Shown here in pieces: positions 28,604 through 38,300 of a DNA stretch of 64,000 bases; the stretch's first letter is position 1; every line of letters begins with the position of its first letter. The position numbers were made by a program, and so were the translations under genes. Below the pieces are notes generated by a model that ran no database searches, was not told the DNA's origin, and worked only from the letters and a program-made list of their open reading frames with translations. The stretch comes from Myxococcota bacterium (GTDB lineage Bacteria > Myxococcota_A > Polyangia > Nannocystales > Nannocystaceae): positions 128,001 through 192,000 of the forward strand of contig JBCCHT010000016.1 of assembly GCA_039028615.1 (NCBI GenBank), written 5' to 3'.

Positions 28604-31099
28604 TCAATGACCGGTGGGCCAGGGCTCGAACGCTCCGCCACATGCCGCGGGGGTACCGATGGGGCTGCCTGGCGGAGGTTCGGGAGGCTCGACGATGGTG
28701 GGCGCGGGGTAGTGAGGCCGCGCGAGCCAACGCTCGCTACGCTCGGCCAACGCCGACGCGGCCGCTCGGGCGCGCGCCGAACCCGGTGTCCGTCGAGCCT
28801 CCCGGACGAGCTTGCGCAGGGCATCTTCGGCCAGCGCCCGCACCCGGGGGCTGGCCCCTGCATCGGCGCCGAGCTTCATCAGGTGATCGGCGAGTCCCCG
28901 CTGGACCATCTCTCGTCGCCGTCGATCCGCGGTGCTCGACCCCGCGGGCGAGGCGAAGGCCTGGTCGTGCACCTCGGCCAGCAACTCGGCGAACCCCAGC
29001 GTGGCCGGGTCTCGCTCGTGCGTCAGCTCGAGGCGATGGGCCCGGTGGCGCTCGAGCAGGACGTCCAGGCTCATGTCGATGGCCGCGGCCGCGAGCGCAT
29101 CGGGGTCGAAGGCCGCGCCCGCGTGGCTCGGCAGGGCATCGATATGCGACTGCGGGGTGGGGCGCATGAAGCCGAGAATTCGATCGGGCACGTGCAGGTT
29201 CTTGGGCTCGAGCGTCCGCAGCACGGCCTCGAGGGCACGGCGTTGGTCGGCATCCGGCACGGAGACCACGGGGGCGCTCGGGTCCGCCACCATCGAGTGT
29301 CGCTGGCCGCCGATGAGTTTGGCCGTCGCGGCCAGCTGATACCGATGGAAGAAGTACAGCGGCGCGAGCGTCAGCTCCAGCGCCTCGGGGGCCGCCCCGG
29401 GGGCCGAGCGGTCGGGGGCAAAGCGCTCGAGGGCGATCGTTCGTACCGCCAGCACCTCGAGCAGGGCATCGACCGAGTCCGAGCCGTTGTCCCAGACATT
29501 GGCCTCGGGATGCGCCGCTCCGGCGGCGTGGGTCTGGGCGTCGCTCAGGTGCAGCAGACCCTCGGCTTCGGCCTTCGTGCGCAGCGCCTGCAACCCCGTT
29601 TGCTCGGCGTTGGGGTCGTCCCACTCGCGGTACAGGTACTCGAAGGCCAGCCGGTCCCACGCACCCAGGCCGACGCCATAGGCCTCGGAGAGATCGAGCT
29701 TCGCGTCGCGGCCTTCGCCGACCACGTGCACCAGCGGCGCGGGGTAGTCCATCACCGAGGCGCGTCCGTAGGTGCTGGCGGCGAAGTTGTGCTCGAAGCC
29801 CAGCGTGTGGCCGACCTCGTGGGCCGCGAGCTGCCGGACCCGGGCCAGGGCGAGCTCGACCGGATCCTCGGAGCCTCCTCGGCCGCTGCCTGCGGCGCCC
29901 ACCAGGCTCTCGAAGATTCGCCGATCTTGGCGTACCCGCTGCGAGCCGAGGATGACGCTGCCGCGCACGATCTCGCCGGTACGCGGGTCGATGATCGGGT
30001 GCCCGAAGGACCACCCTCGCGTGGAGCGGTGCACCCAGTGGATCACGTTGTAGCGCACGTCCATCGGGTCGGCGCCCTCGGGGAGCAGCTCGACGTGGAA
30101 GCCATCGGGGAAGCCCGCCGCTGCGAAAGCCTCGCTCCACCAGGAGGCGCCTTCGATCAACGCGCTGCGCAGCGGCTCGGGCGTGCCGCGATCGACGTAG
30201 TAGACCAGCGGCTGCCCCGGGACCAAGCGGTGCCGCTTCGCCAGCCGACGCTCGAGCGGCTCGTGCAGGGCGCTCGAGAAGTCGAGCATGCCCAGGCTCA
30301 TGTGGCCCATGCGGGCGTGCGCCTCGCGGGGTCGAAAGCCGTCGTCGGGCAGTCGGACGATCGAGTGGTGCTGTCGCAGGGTGAGCACCTCGTCCTGCGG
30401 CGGCGTCGAGCTGGCCCAGCGCCCCGTCTCGTCGGCGTCGAAGGTCAGCGTGGCCTCGAGCTCGATGTTGTCCGGGTAGACGCCGAGCGCGTCCAGCTCG
30501 ACCACGCTGCGATCTGCCTGGAAGCTCCACTGACCTTCGTCGCCGTCGGCCAGGCTCCGCGCGACTCCGTGGGCATCCGAGACGATCAGGGCGGTGATGT
30601 CGACGAGCACCTGCGGCGAGCCGGGATCGCGGGCGACCACCGGTCCCGCCCAGACGAGCGAGGTGGGGAACGCATCGTCGGTGGACCGCGCTTCGTCGGC
30701 ATCACCCGATCCGGCGACGAAGTGGGGATTGAGGAACTCGAACACCGCCTTTTCGCCCACGACCCGAAGGCGGGCGAGCTTGGTCGAGCCGGTCTCCGAG
30801 CGGTCGAGCCCGGCCGGGTTCGCGCCCAGCCCACTGGCGAGCCCTTCCACGTAGAGGCAGTCGAAGGGCGCGGAGGCGTCGAGCTGCACGTAGACCCGGG
30901 CGGTCTGCTCGTCGACCCACACGGGCAGCAGCCCGGAGTGCTCGACCATGCCTTCGGTCGTCTCCGTCAGCGTGGGGAGCTCGTCCTCGTCGTCCGCGGT
31001 CGCACCGGGCAGCGGTGCTTCGAGCGGCTGGCGGCCTCGTTTCGCACAGGCGGCCAGGCTCAGCGCGAGCGCGGTGATGTAGAGCGAGCGACGGAGCAC
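28604..31099 (-). CDS. Metzincin zinc metalloprotease lipoprotein (EcxA/DUF4953-like)
   Basis: HEVGHTLGFEHNF plus Met-turn SVMDYP; DPRTGEI; lipobox LAAC after a GTG start at about 31099. Confidence 0.88.
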   Translation of the reverse strand: MLRRSLYITALALSLAACAKRGRQPLEAPLPGATADDEDELPTLTETTEGMVEHSGLLPVWVDEQTARVYVQLDASAPFDCLYVEGLASGLGANPAGLDRSETGSTKLARLRVVGEKAVFEFLNPHFVAGSGDADEARSTDDAFPTSLVWAGPVVARDPGSPQVLVDITALIVSDAHGVARSLADGDEGQWSFQADRSVVELDALGVYPDNIELEATLTFDADETGRWASSTPPQDEVLTLRQHHSIVRLPDDGFRPREAHARMGHMSLGMLDFSSALHEPLERRLAKRHRLVPGQPLVYYVDRGTPEPLRSALIEGASWWSEAFAAAGFPDGFHVELLPEGADPMDVRYNVIHWVHRSTRGWSFGHPIIDPRTGEIVRGSVILGSQRVRQDRRIFESLVGAAGSGRGGSEDPVELALARVRQLAAHEVGHTLGFEHNFAASTYGRASVMDYPAPLVHVVGEGRDAKLDLSEAYGVGLGAWDRLAFEYLYREWDDPNAEQTGLQALRTKAEAEGLLHLSDAQTHAAGAAHPEANVWDNGSDSVDALLEVLAVRTIALERFAPDRSAPGAAPEALELTLAPLYFFHRYQLAATAKLIGGQRHSMVADPSAPVVSVPDADQRRALEAVLRTLEPKNLHVPDRILGFMRPTPQSHIDALPSHAGAAFDPDALAAAAIDMSLDVLLERHRAHRLELTHERDPATLGFAELLAEVHDQAFASPAGSSTADRRRREMVQRGLADHLMKLGADAGASPRVRALAEDALRKLVREARRTPGSARARAAASALAERSERWLARPHYPAPTIVEPPEPPPGSPIGTPAACGGAFEPWPTGH

Positions 31100-31179
31100 G
31101 GGCAGAAGCGTAGTACCCGAGTCCCGCGCATTAGAAGGGACACGACCAGCGAAAGTCCCTGCGCAGTCGAGCGCGGGGC

Positions 31180-31644
31180 TTAGCCTTCGACCCAGCCGTC
31201 GTCGGCCAAGGCCTTGCGGGCTCGCTCGAGCGCGGCGGAGGCGGCCGCGTCGTCGGAGAAACGCTCGGCGACCTCGGTCTTGAGCACGCCCCCGTCGACG
31301 CTCAGTCGAGCCTCGATAGTGCGGCCTCCGGCCGTGAATTTCATCGCTGCGGCGGTCGTCAGCTCGGCGTCGGGCACGACCGACAGCGCGGGAGCAGCGG
31401 GCGCCGAGCTGGCCGCCACGGCATCGCCGGCGTCGTCGTAGCCCTTGCGGCGCTTGGACCCGGAGACCTTGTCGAGCTCTTTGCGGGCCTTGGCCTCGCT
31501 GCCGAGCTCCTTGACCTGGGTCTGGCCGTTGGTGCCGATGCGGCCGTAGTTGACGTACAGCGTGCCGCCCTCGATCCGCGCGCGCCAGAACTTGCGCGAG
31601 CTTCCGTCGACGAGCTGAAGGCTGACTTCCCAGGATTCGCTCAT
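31180..31644 (-). CDS. Stand-alone WGR-domain protein, translationally coupled to the retron RT
   Basis: DGSSRKFWRARIEGGTLYVNYGRIGTNGQTQVK...KRRKGY is a WGR domain; its ATG overlaps the RT TGA (ATGA). Confidence 0.88.
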   Translation of the reverse strand: MSESWEVSLQLVDGSSRKFWRARIEGGTLYVNYGRIGTNGQTQVKELGSEAKARKELDKVSGSKRRKGYDDAGDAVAASSAPAAPALSVVPDAELTTAAAMKFTAGGRTIEARLSVDGGVLKTEVAERFSDDAAASAALERARKALADDGWVEG

Positions 31645-32975
31645 TGTGGCCCCCCGCCATCGGCGGCATCGCGAAGCGCGGCCGCTCGTTCGAGCAGGGC
31701 ACGACCCTGCGCGTGATCGGTCATGTGCACGTAGGCCGCAAAGCCTTGCAGTCGGTCGAGGGAATCGGGGCCGGCCTTGCCCTTGCTGCGGTTGTGCAGG
31801 GCCGCTCGCAAGATTCGCCGCAGCTTGCGGGGCACCCGAGCGGCGGCGATGGTCGTCTCGGTACCCTTGGTGGGCGCGTTGACGACCAGGCCCGTGACCT
31901 TCTGGCGACGCCCCGAACGCATGACGCGAGTCTTGGCGGGGTGCACCTTGAAGCCCTCGTTGGTGACGATGCTGCGCACCCGATGGAGCAGCTTGCCCAC
32001 GGGCGCTTCACCTTCGCCGTGCCAGGAGAAGGTCAGGTCGTCGGCGTAGCGCGAGTACTTGAAGCCGAACTTGTTGGCCAAGCCCTGCATGCGCCGGTCG
32101 AGGCGAAGGCACAGAGCGTTGGTGATGGAGGGGCTGGTCGGGGCCCCCTGGGGCAGCGAGCGCGGGCCGATGGCCACGTGGTGCGGCTTGCCGCGGATCT
32201 CGATTTGCTCGCGCGGGGACTCGGTGCACAGCAGGGCCAGGATGGTGGCCACTTGCTCGCCGTAGCCCGCCTTGCGCATCAGGCCCTTGACCCGAGCCAG
32301 CGTGATGGTGGGGTAGAAGTCTTCGAGATCGAGCTTGATGATCACCGCGCCGCCGGCATGGACCGCGGCGTTGGTGACCGTGCTGCGGCCGGCGACGAAG
32401 CCGTGGGCCGAGCCGTGCACGGGAAGGTGCTCGGTGATGTTGCGGGCGATCCACCGCTGCGCCGCCTTGAGCTGGGGCTTGGGCGCGCTGATGAGCCGCA
32501 TGCCCCCGCTGCGCTTGGGCACGTGCCAGCGGTGATAGTGCGTGCCGGAGTCGACCTCGCGGTGGTAGACGAGCCAGCGCAGGCGCGGCATCGGCATCTC
32601 GAGCGCGGCGGCCAGCTCGGTGGCGTTGGCCAGCTTGGGCAGCGCGTTGTCTTGGCGCCGGCTGTCGATGTCGGCGATGTCGTGGCGATCGACGTCGGGC
32701 GTGTCGTGATAGAAGACGCCCGCGCCGACGTGCACGAGGTTGTTGCGACGGTACTCGGCCCAGGCGTGGCGACGCAGGACCTTGCGGACGCGGCGTTCTT
32801 CCTCGCGACGGGCCTTGTATTTCTTACGCTCGCGGTCGCTGAGCGTGGTGGTGTCGACGCCCTCCTCCCACAGTCCGCGGGCCTGAAGCTCGGCCACCAC
32901 CCAGGCATCGATGCCGCCGGCTTCGGCGATTTCGGCCCAGGGAGGGAGCGCTCGTTCGGAGGTCGCGTCGGACAT
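31641..32975 (-). CDS. ret: Retron reverse transcriptase, Mx162-like
   Basis: Region X NAAVH, KLDLEDFYP, LPQGAPTSP, YSRYADDLTFS, region Y QKVTGLVVN; myxobacterial N-terminal extension WAEIAEAGGIDAWV...HVGAGVFY; msr/msd upstream. Confidence 0.95.
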   Translation of the reverse strand: MSDATSERALPPWAEIAEAGGIDAWVVAELQARGLWEEGVDTTTLSDRERKKYKARREEERRVRKVLRRHAWAEYRRNNLVHVGAGVFYHDTPDVDRHDIADIDSRRQDNALPKLANATELAAALEMPMPRLRWLVYHREVDSGTHYHRWHVPKRSGGMRLISAPKPQLKAAQRWIARNITEHLPVHGSAHGFVAGRSTVTNAAVHAGGAVIIKLDLEDFYPTITLARVKGLMRKAGYGEQVATILALLCTESPREQIEIRGKPHHVAIGPRSLPQGAPTSPSITNALCLRLDRRMQGLANKFGFKYSRYADDLTFSWHGEGEAPVGKLLHRVRSIVTNEGFKVHPAKTRVMRSGRRQKVTGLVVNAPTKGTETTIAAARVPRKLRRILRAALHNRSKGKAGPDSLDRLQGFAAYVHMTDHAQGRALLERAAALRDAADGGGPQ

Positions 32976-33014
32976 GGAAGGGGAGCGAAGAAAGGAGAGA
33001 GTCGGGGAGCGTCA

Positions 33015-33045
33015 CCGCCGGTCGGGATGAATCCCGAGCCGGCGG
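33015..33045. other. GC-rich hairpin between the retron inverted-repeat arm and the RT start
   Basis: CCGCCGG-TCGGGAT-GA-ATCCCGA-G-CCGGCGG. Confidence 0.7.
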
Positions 33046-33318
33046 GGAAAGGGAACCGAGACGCTACTTCTTGACATGGGACACGGTAGGCTCACCGGTT
33101 TGTGGTACGGAGGGGGTCCTAGCGACTGGGTTGAACGACGGTTGCGTGGTTGATCCAGATAACCCGGTCGCTAGGACCCCCTCCGTACCTGACAAACCAC
33201 GAACAGCCTACCTTGTGGAGTAATGCTCTGATGTTAGACCGGGGCGGCGCAGCGCCGCCCGTGTGCAAGCACGTGGCTAACGAACTCGGTTCCCTCTCCT
33301 CGCGACTCGAAAAGTCGT
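33046..33318 (-). ncRNA. msr-msd: Retron msr-msd non-coding RNA
   Basis: a1/a2 arms 33046-33060 / 33285-33299 (11 perfect bp, extending to 15 with a G-U) plus CGUUA/UAGCG pairing; candidate branching G at 33277 in UAGC; msr hairpin GGGCGGCGC-A-GCGCCGCCC 33242-33260; msd stems 33085-33092/33205-33212, 33097-33103/33192-33198 and 33104-33132/33161-33189. Confidence 0.92.
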
Positions 33319-33324
33319 GGCGCT

Positions 33325-33353
33325 ACGCTAGCGATCCTGTGCGGTGGTGTCAA
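33325..33353 (-). promoter_or_regulatory. sigma70/sigmaA-type promoter of the retron ncRNA-RT-WGR unit
   Basis: Minus strand TTGACA (33353-33348), 17-nt spacer, TAGCGT (33330-33325); predicted +1 at about 33318. Confidence 0.75.
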
Positions 33354-33387
33354 CGCGATCGCAGGGGTGCATGGCGACAAATTCGGT

Positions 33388-33456
33388 AGAAAAAACGGGG
33401 GGCTTCGGCGGGCCGCGAACGCACGTAGACACGCGTCGCCCCACGGCCCGAAGGCC
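33388..33456 (-). terminator. Possible terminator after the three large upstream genes
   Basis: Long imperfect GC hairpin (33401-33456) followed on the minus strand by CCCCGTTTTTTCT; the spacing is atypical. Confidence 0.4.
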
Positions 33457-33510
33457 GCGAACAAGGGGTGACCACGCGAACAGTTCGCTCGGTTTTGGTG
33501 GGTCGAAAGG

Positions 33511-35328
33511 CTAGGGGCTCTCGGCTGCGCTGGCGTCGATGAAGCCCTTGGACGACAGCGCGTGCAGGCGACCGAAGTACTCGGTGCTCGCCTCTTCGGG
33601 GGTGGAAAAGAGCAGCCTCTGCATGCGCAGAGTGTCCGGGCGTGGGCCCCATCGGACGGTGACCTGGCGGTGGTCGAGGCTGACGCGATAGGTGACCGAG
33701 CCCTTCCGATCGCGGCGGACGAAGGTGCGGGTCTCGGCTCGGATGAGTCGGCGCCCCTCTTCGGTGTTTCGGGCGCGCTCGAGCTCAGCTCGCTGCCGGG
33801 CGTAGAGCAGGCGCAGGGCGATCATGGGGACGGTGGGTCCCTCTCGTAGACCGCTGCGACGGAACTGCGGGCTGGTGCACGAGGCATCGACGGTTCGGCC
33901 CTCGCGGTCGAGGGTGAACGAAGTCTTGTAGCTACGGTGCGCCTGCGGGTCCTCGATCTCGCCTTCGATCTTGGTGCCTTCGGAGCCTAGGTCGTGGACG
34001 CGCGTGAGCTTCACGGCCCCCTCGGTGTCGAGCAGACGATGCGCCTCGGCCTCGCGGGCGTCCCGGAAGCGCAGGGCCTCGGGATCGGGCGGGGTGGCGA
34101 GCAAGGGGCGATGCACGAAGCGGCGCTGGGCGACGTCGTGCAGCACCAACCCCAGCTGCATGTGGTGCAGCAGGGCGGGGCGCACCTCGGTATTCGATCG
34201 TCCCGTCGCCTCGGCCAGCTCGGCCATGGTCTTGGGGCCTTCTTTCAGCAGCTCGATCACCTTGCGGTTGAGCAGCTCGTCGGGCTCGCCCGCGTCGAGC
34301 AGGTCGAAGGTGGCGATGCCGGCCCAGCCCGCGTCGGTCCACCCGGAAAGCGCGAGGGTCAGCTCGGCGTCGCCGAGGTCGAGCACGTAGAAGGCGGGCA
34401 GCCCCGGGCCCACGAGGTGGATCTTAACGGAGCGAGCGTGCGGCAGCAGGCGGGCGAGCACCGACAGGCGCTTGCGACCCCAGGTGCGCACGACCATCGG
34501 CATCGAGCCCTCGTAGACCTCGCCCGTGGACTCGATGACCTGCTCCCAGGGCTCGAGCACGAGGCGGGGGCGCTCGCCCGGGACCAGCTCGTAGCGCAGC
34601 GCCCGAGGGGACTTGCGAGCCCGACGCTGCCGCAGGGTCAGCAGCAGGTTGTACAGGTCGACGGGCGCGAGCTCGAAGCTCCGCAGGGGCAGGGTCGATG
34701 CGGACTGCACCTGACCGAAGGCCCGGATCCATCGCAGTGGGACGACGAAGCGTTGCTCGTCGCTCTCGTCTTGGGCGCTGGGCGTGAACTCGAGGGTCGA
34801 GTTTCGGTACGAGCGCAGCCGGCCGAGCGCGGCGAGAAGCTGGGGCCCCAGGCGCAGGTGCGAAGTGCCGGCCTCCATCGTGCCCGCCTCGTAGGCGCCG
34901 CCCGACTTGAGCCACAGCCGGGCGTAGGCGGACTCGTCCGCGGAGAACACCTCGAGGCTCAGGCCTCGCTCGTCCACGCTCAGCACGGGATCGAGGGGCG
35001 CTTCTTCTTGGGCGGCCTCGCCGTACTTGGCGGCGAGGAAATCACGCTGCGCGTTCCAGACCTCCTGGGTGACCCGCTTGCCCTGGGCGAGCAGGTAGGC
35101 GAGGTAGTCGGCGCGGCTGCGGGGGCGGAAGCGAAGATCGCTGGTGAGGATCTCGCCCATGGTGAGCAGGGCGTCGCGGACGACCCCCGGGCGCTCGAGC
35201 TTCGCCACCAGGCGGCAATCGGCGCGGATGCCATCGGTGGGGATGCGTAGGCGGAAGCTGTCGCCCTCGGCCACCGGATCGGTGGCGGGGGCATAACGGA
35301 CGCGGACCTCGGCGGTTTGGCTCGTCAT
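33511..35328 (-). CDS. Retron-associated winged-helix / degenerate SWIM / WGR-like protein
   Basis: LDPVLSV...EVFSADESAYARL, WIRAFGQVQSA and LALSGWT resemble SWIM-family proteins found with ARM-repeat genes; wHTH-like GPKTMAELAEATG; SWIM-position CTSPQF...GPTVPM; C-terminal VTVRWG...LSSKGF. AAGGA RBS before ATG 35328. Confidence 0.75.
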   Translation of the reverse strand: MTSQTAEVRVRYAPATDPVAEGDSFRLRIPTDGIRADCRLVAKLERPGVVRDALLTMGEILTSDLRFRPRSRADYLAYLLAQGKRVTQEVWNAQRDFLAAKYGEAAQEEAPLDPVLSVDERGLSLEVFSADESAYARLWLKSGGAYEAGTMEAGTSHLRLGPQLLAALGRLRSYRNSTLEFTPSAQDESDEQRFVVPLRWIRAFGQVQSASTLPLRSFELAPVDLYNLLLTLRQRRARKSPRALRYELVPGERPRLVLEPWEQVIESTGEVYEGSMPMVVRTWGRKRLSVLARLLPHARSVKIHLVGPGLPAFYVLDLGDAELTLALSGWTDAGWAGIATFDLLDAGEPDELLNRKVIELLKEGPKTMAELAEATGRSNTEVRPALLHHMQLGLVLHDVAQRRFVHRPLLATPPDPEALRFRDAREAEAHRLLDTEGAVKLTRVHDLGSEGTKIEGEIEDPQAHRSYKTSFTLDREGRTVDASCTSPQFRRSGLREGPTVPMIALRLLYARQRAELERARNTEEGRRLIRAETRTFVRRDRKGSVTYRVSLDHRQVTVRWGPRPDTLRMQRLLFSTPEEASTEYFGRLHALSSKGFIDASAAESP

Positions 35329-35345
35329 CGTCGGGTGTCCTTGAA

Positions 35346-38300
35346 TCAAGCGGAGGCGAAGCTCTCGGCGCGCGCGTGTTGACGTTGAAGACGACGCAGG
35401 GCCCGGTAGGCGGCCTTGCGTACGGGTTCGGGCTCACTGCTCTGCGCCAGGATCCCCTCGAGGGTCTTGCGGGCGTCGTCACCACCGAGGCGGCCGAGGC
35501 TGCCGATGGCGGTGAGGCGTCCCGCGCCCTTGCCCGAGGTCTGGGCCAGCGTGGTGAGCGACTCGACCTTGCGATCGCCGAGCACGGTCGGCAGCAGCAC
35601 CGAGCGCGAAGCATCCGAGGCGAGTAGCTTGTCGGCGTCGCGCTCCAGCGCGGCCGCGGCCACCGGAGCGATGGCGGCGGCATCGGCCACGGTCTGCGCC
35701 CCGAGGACCTTGGGGGTCTTGTCGGGGGCGCGGGTCGAGACCAGCTGGGCCGCGGCCCGTCGCACTCCGGCATCGGGGTCGCTCAGCAGGTCCTGGGCGG
35801 CTTTGACGTCGGAGTCCTTGCCGTGCGTGGTGAGCAGGCGGAGCGCTTCGCGTCGAACGAAGGGCGGGGCCTCGGCTTGGGCCACGGCGATGCGAGCCGC
35901 GTCTTGTCCGACTTCGCCGAGCCGACGCGAGGCCCACAGACTCGCTCGCCAGGCTGCGGCATGCGAGGCCAGCGTGGCGCGAGACTGGGCGTCGTCACCG
36001 AGGGCGGCGCCGTGGGCCTTCACCCAGGCATCGGCCGCTCGCTTGGCCGCGGTGGCCACGTCCTTCGCGAGGGCATCGTGGCCGCTGGCTCCCGCGATCC
36101 AGGCGGCGTCGGCCCGGGCGGTGTCGGAATCGCCGGTCAGCAGGGCGCGGACCGAATCGTCCGGGCACTCGCCGCGCCGGACCAACCCGCGACGCAGGCG
36201 GCGACGGACGTCCGCGTTGTCGATCTCGCCCATGCGCGCGACCAGGGTGACCGAGTCGCCGTGCCGCGCGAGGAAGGTGGCGGCCGGAGCCGAGATGTCG
36301 GCGTGGCGGCTGCGAAGCGCGAGCAGGTTGGTGCGCGTACGCTCGGTGCTGAAGAGGCGACCGAGCGCCTTGGCGGCGGCTTGGCGGACCTGACGGTTGT
36401 CGTCGTCCAGGGCCTCGGCCAGCACCGACTCGGAGGCGGTCTCGCCGAGCTCGCCGAGCTCGCGGACCGAATGCAAGCGGACCGAGGCGTCTTCGAAGCG
36501 ATCGGCCAGCGCCGCCTCGAGCACGCTGCGGCTGCGCTCGTCCCCGGCGTAGCGCAGCCCGGTCAGCGCCCGGGTGCGCAGTCGCGAGGAGCCTTCGCGG
36601 GCGGTTTGCTCGACCAAGTCGCGGATCCGCTGGTGTTCGTCTTGCTCGCCGAGGTGCGGGAGCATGCGTCCCAGCGACTCGATGGCCGCGGGGGCCAGCG
36701 CCCGATCCTCGTCGGTGATCTCGGCGTCCGGATCGAGCAGTGGCTCGATGTCTTCGAGTGCTCGGCGGTCGCCCAGCGTGCCCAGGGCCAGCAGAGCGCG
36801 TTCACGCTCGGGTTGCTCGGCGGCCTTGAGCACCAGCAGCAGCGCCTGGAAGGCCTCGGGGCGGCGCCGTCCGGCCAGGCCGGCGGCGGCGGGCAGCACC
36901 AGCTCGCGTCGACCCTCGCGCAGGGCGATGGCCAACGCTTCGAGCGAAGCGCCTTCGACGTGCTCGGCTCGGAACGCGAGCGCCTCGCAAGCCGCGACCC
37001 GAATCTCGGGCGAGCGATCCTCCAGCAGCCGGGCCAGCAGCGGCTCGGCCCCCGCATCGTCGACGTCGCGAAGGACGGTGACGGTGCGATTGCGAAGGTC
37101 TTCGTCGGAGCTGAGGGCGGAGCGCTCGAGGTAGGCCAGGGCCTGCGCATCGTCGTAGCGCAGTCGCTTGCCCCCGGTCGCCAGCTTGCGCGGCCCCTCG
37201 GTGGGGTGCGTGGCCAAGGTCATCAGGGCATTGAAGGCCCGCAGGCGAATCGCGGAGTCGTCGTCGGTCAGGAGCGAAAGCAGTACGCCTTCGCCGGCCT
37301 TGCTCCCGATGCGGGCGAGCGCATCGATGAGCCCGCCGCGGTTGGCCGTCTTGTCCGGGTCGTCCTCGATGCGAGCCGCCACCGCTCGGGCCGCGGCGTC
37401 GCGGGCCTTGTCGGCGTTGGGCTCATCGGGGCGGGCATGCGCCAGGGCGACCAGCGACTGCAGGGCCCGACGAGCGATGCGCTCCTCTTCGCGGCGCAGG
37501 AACGCCGAGAGCACATCGACGGTGCGGGCCTCTCCGCGGGAGGCGAGGGCCTCGGCCGCGCGCAGGCGCAGATCTTCGTGGTCGCTCTCGAGGGCGCGAC
37601 GCAGCGCCTCGTCGACCCGGGGGTCGCTCGAGTCCACCAGGCGATCGACGACCGACAGGCGCACGTCGGTGTGCCGGCTGCCCAGCGCGACCAGCCACGG
37701 CTCGAGGCTGCCGCTCTCGAACAGACGCTGGATCACGGTGACCGCATGGCGGCGGACCTCGGCGGCGGGAGCATCGACGGCCCGCAGCGCCAGCGCATGG
37801 GCCTCTTTGTGCCCGCCCAGCGCGAGGCCGACCAGCTCGTCCACCGCACCGCGGCCGACGTCGGAGGCCTGCGACTGCAGAGCCAGACCCAGGGGCACGG
37901 TGTCGCCGTCACTGTACAGCCCACGCAAGGTGGTCAGGGCGGCCTTGCGGACGAGGTGATGCGGATCGGAGAGGGCGCGGCGCAGCACGGGAAGCACCGC
38001 GGGGCGTCCGACCTCGGGGCGCTTGGCCAGCACGCCGAGGCGAGCGAGGGCATCGCGGCGGACGCGGTGGGTCTCGTCCGACTCGCCGCGGGTGGGCGCC
38101 TGTCGAACCAGGCCGACGTAGGTGCCGAAGACCAGCTGCACGATCGCGGCGCGGTCGATGGGAGCATCGGACGCGGGCGGAGCGGCCTGGGGCCGCGGCC
38201 CGCCGACGAAGCGCAGGACCTCGAGCACGCGCTCGGTGAGCGTGCCCGCACCGTCGTCACGGACTTGCTCGAGCAGTCGCCGGACCCAGCCACGCTTGCG

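Noticed and set aside
28604..31702. 1032-aa version of the metalloprotease overlapping the WGR gene
   Set aside because: The first ~200 aa are an off-frame read of the WGR gene; the lipoprotein signal starts near 31099.
31641..32975. RT as group II intron, DGR or CRISPR-associated RT
   Set aside because: It has retron-specific NAxxH and VTG motifs and an msr-msd; no maturase/HNH, TR/VR pair, cas1 or array was seen.
33104..33189. 29-bp inverted repeat as MITE/transposon ends or terminator
   Set aside because: It is nested in further stems and a1/a2 arms and is explained as the msd hairpin; no target duplication or U-tract.
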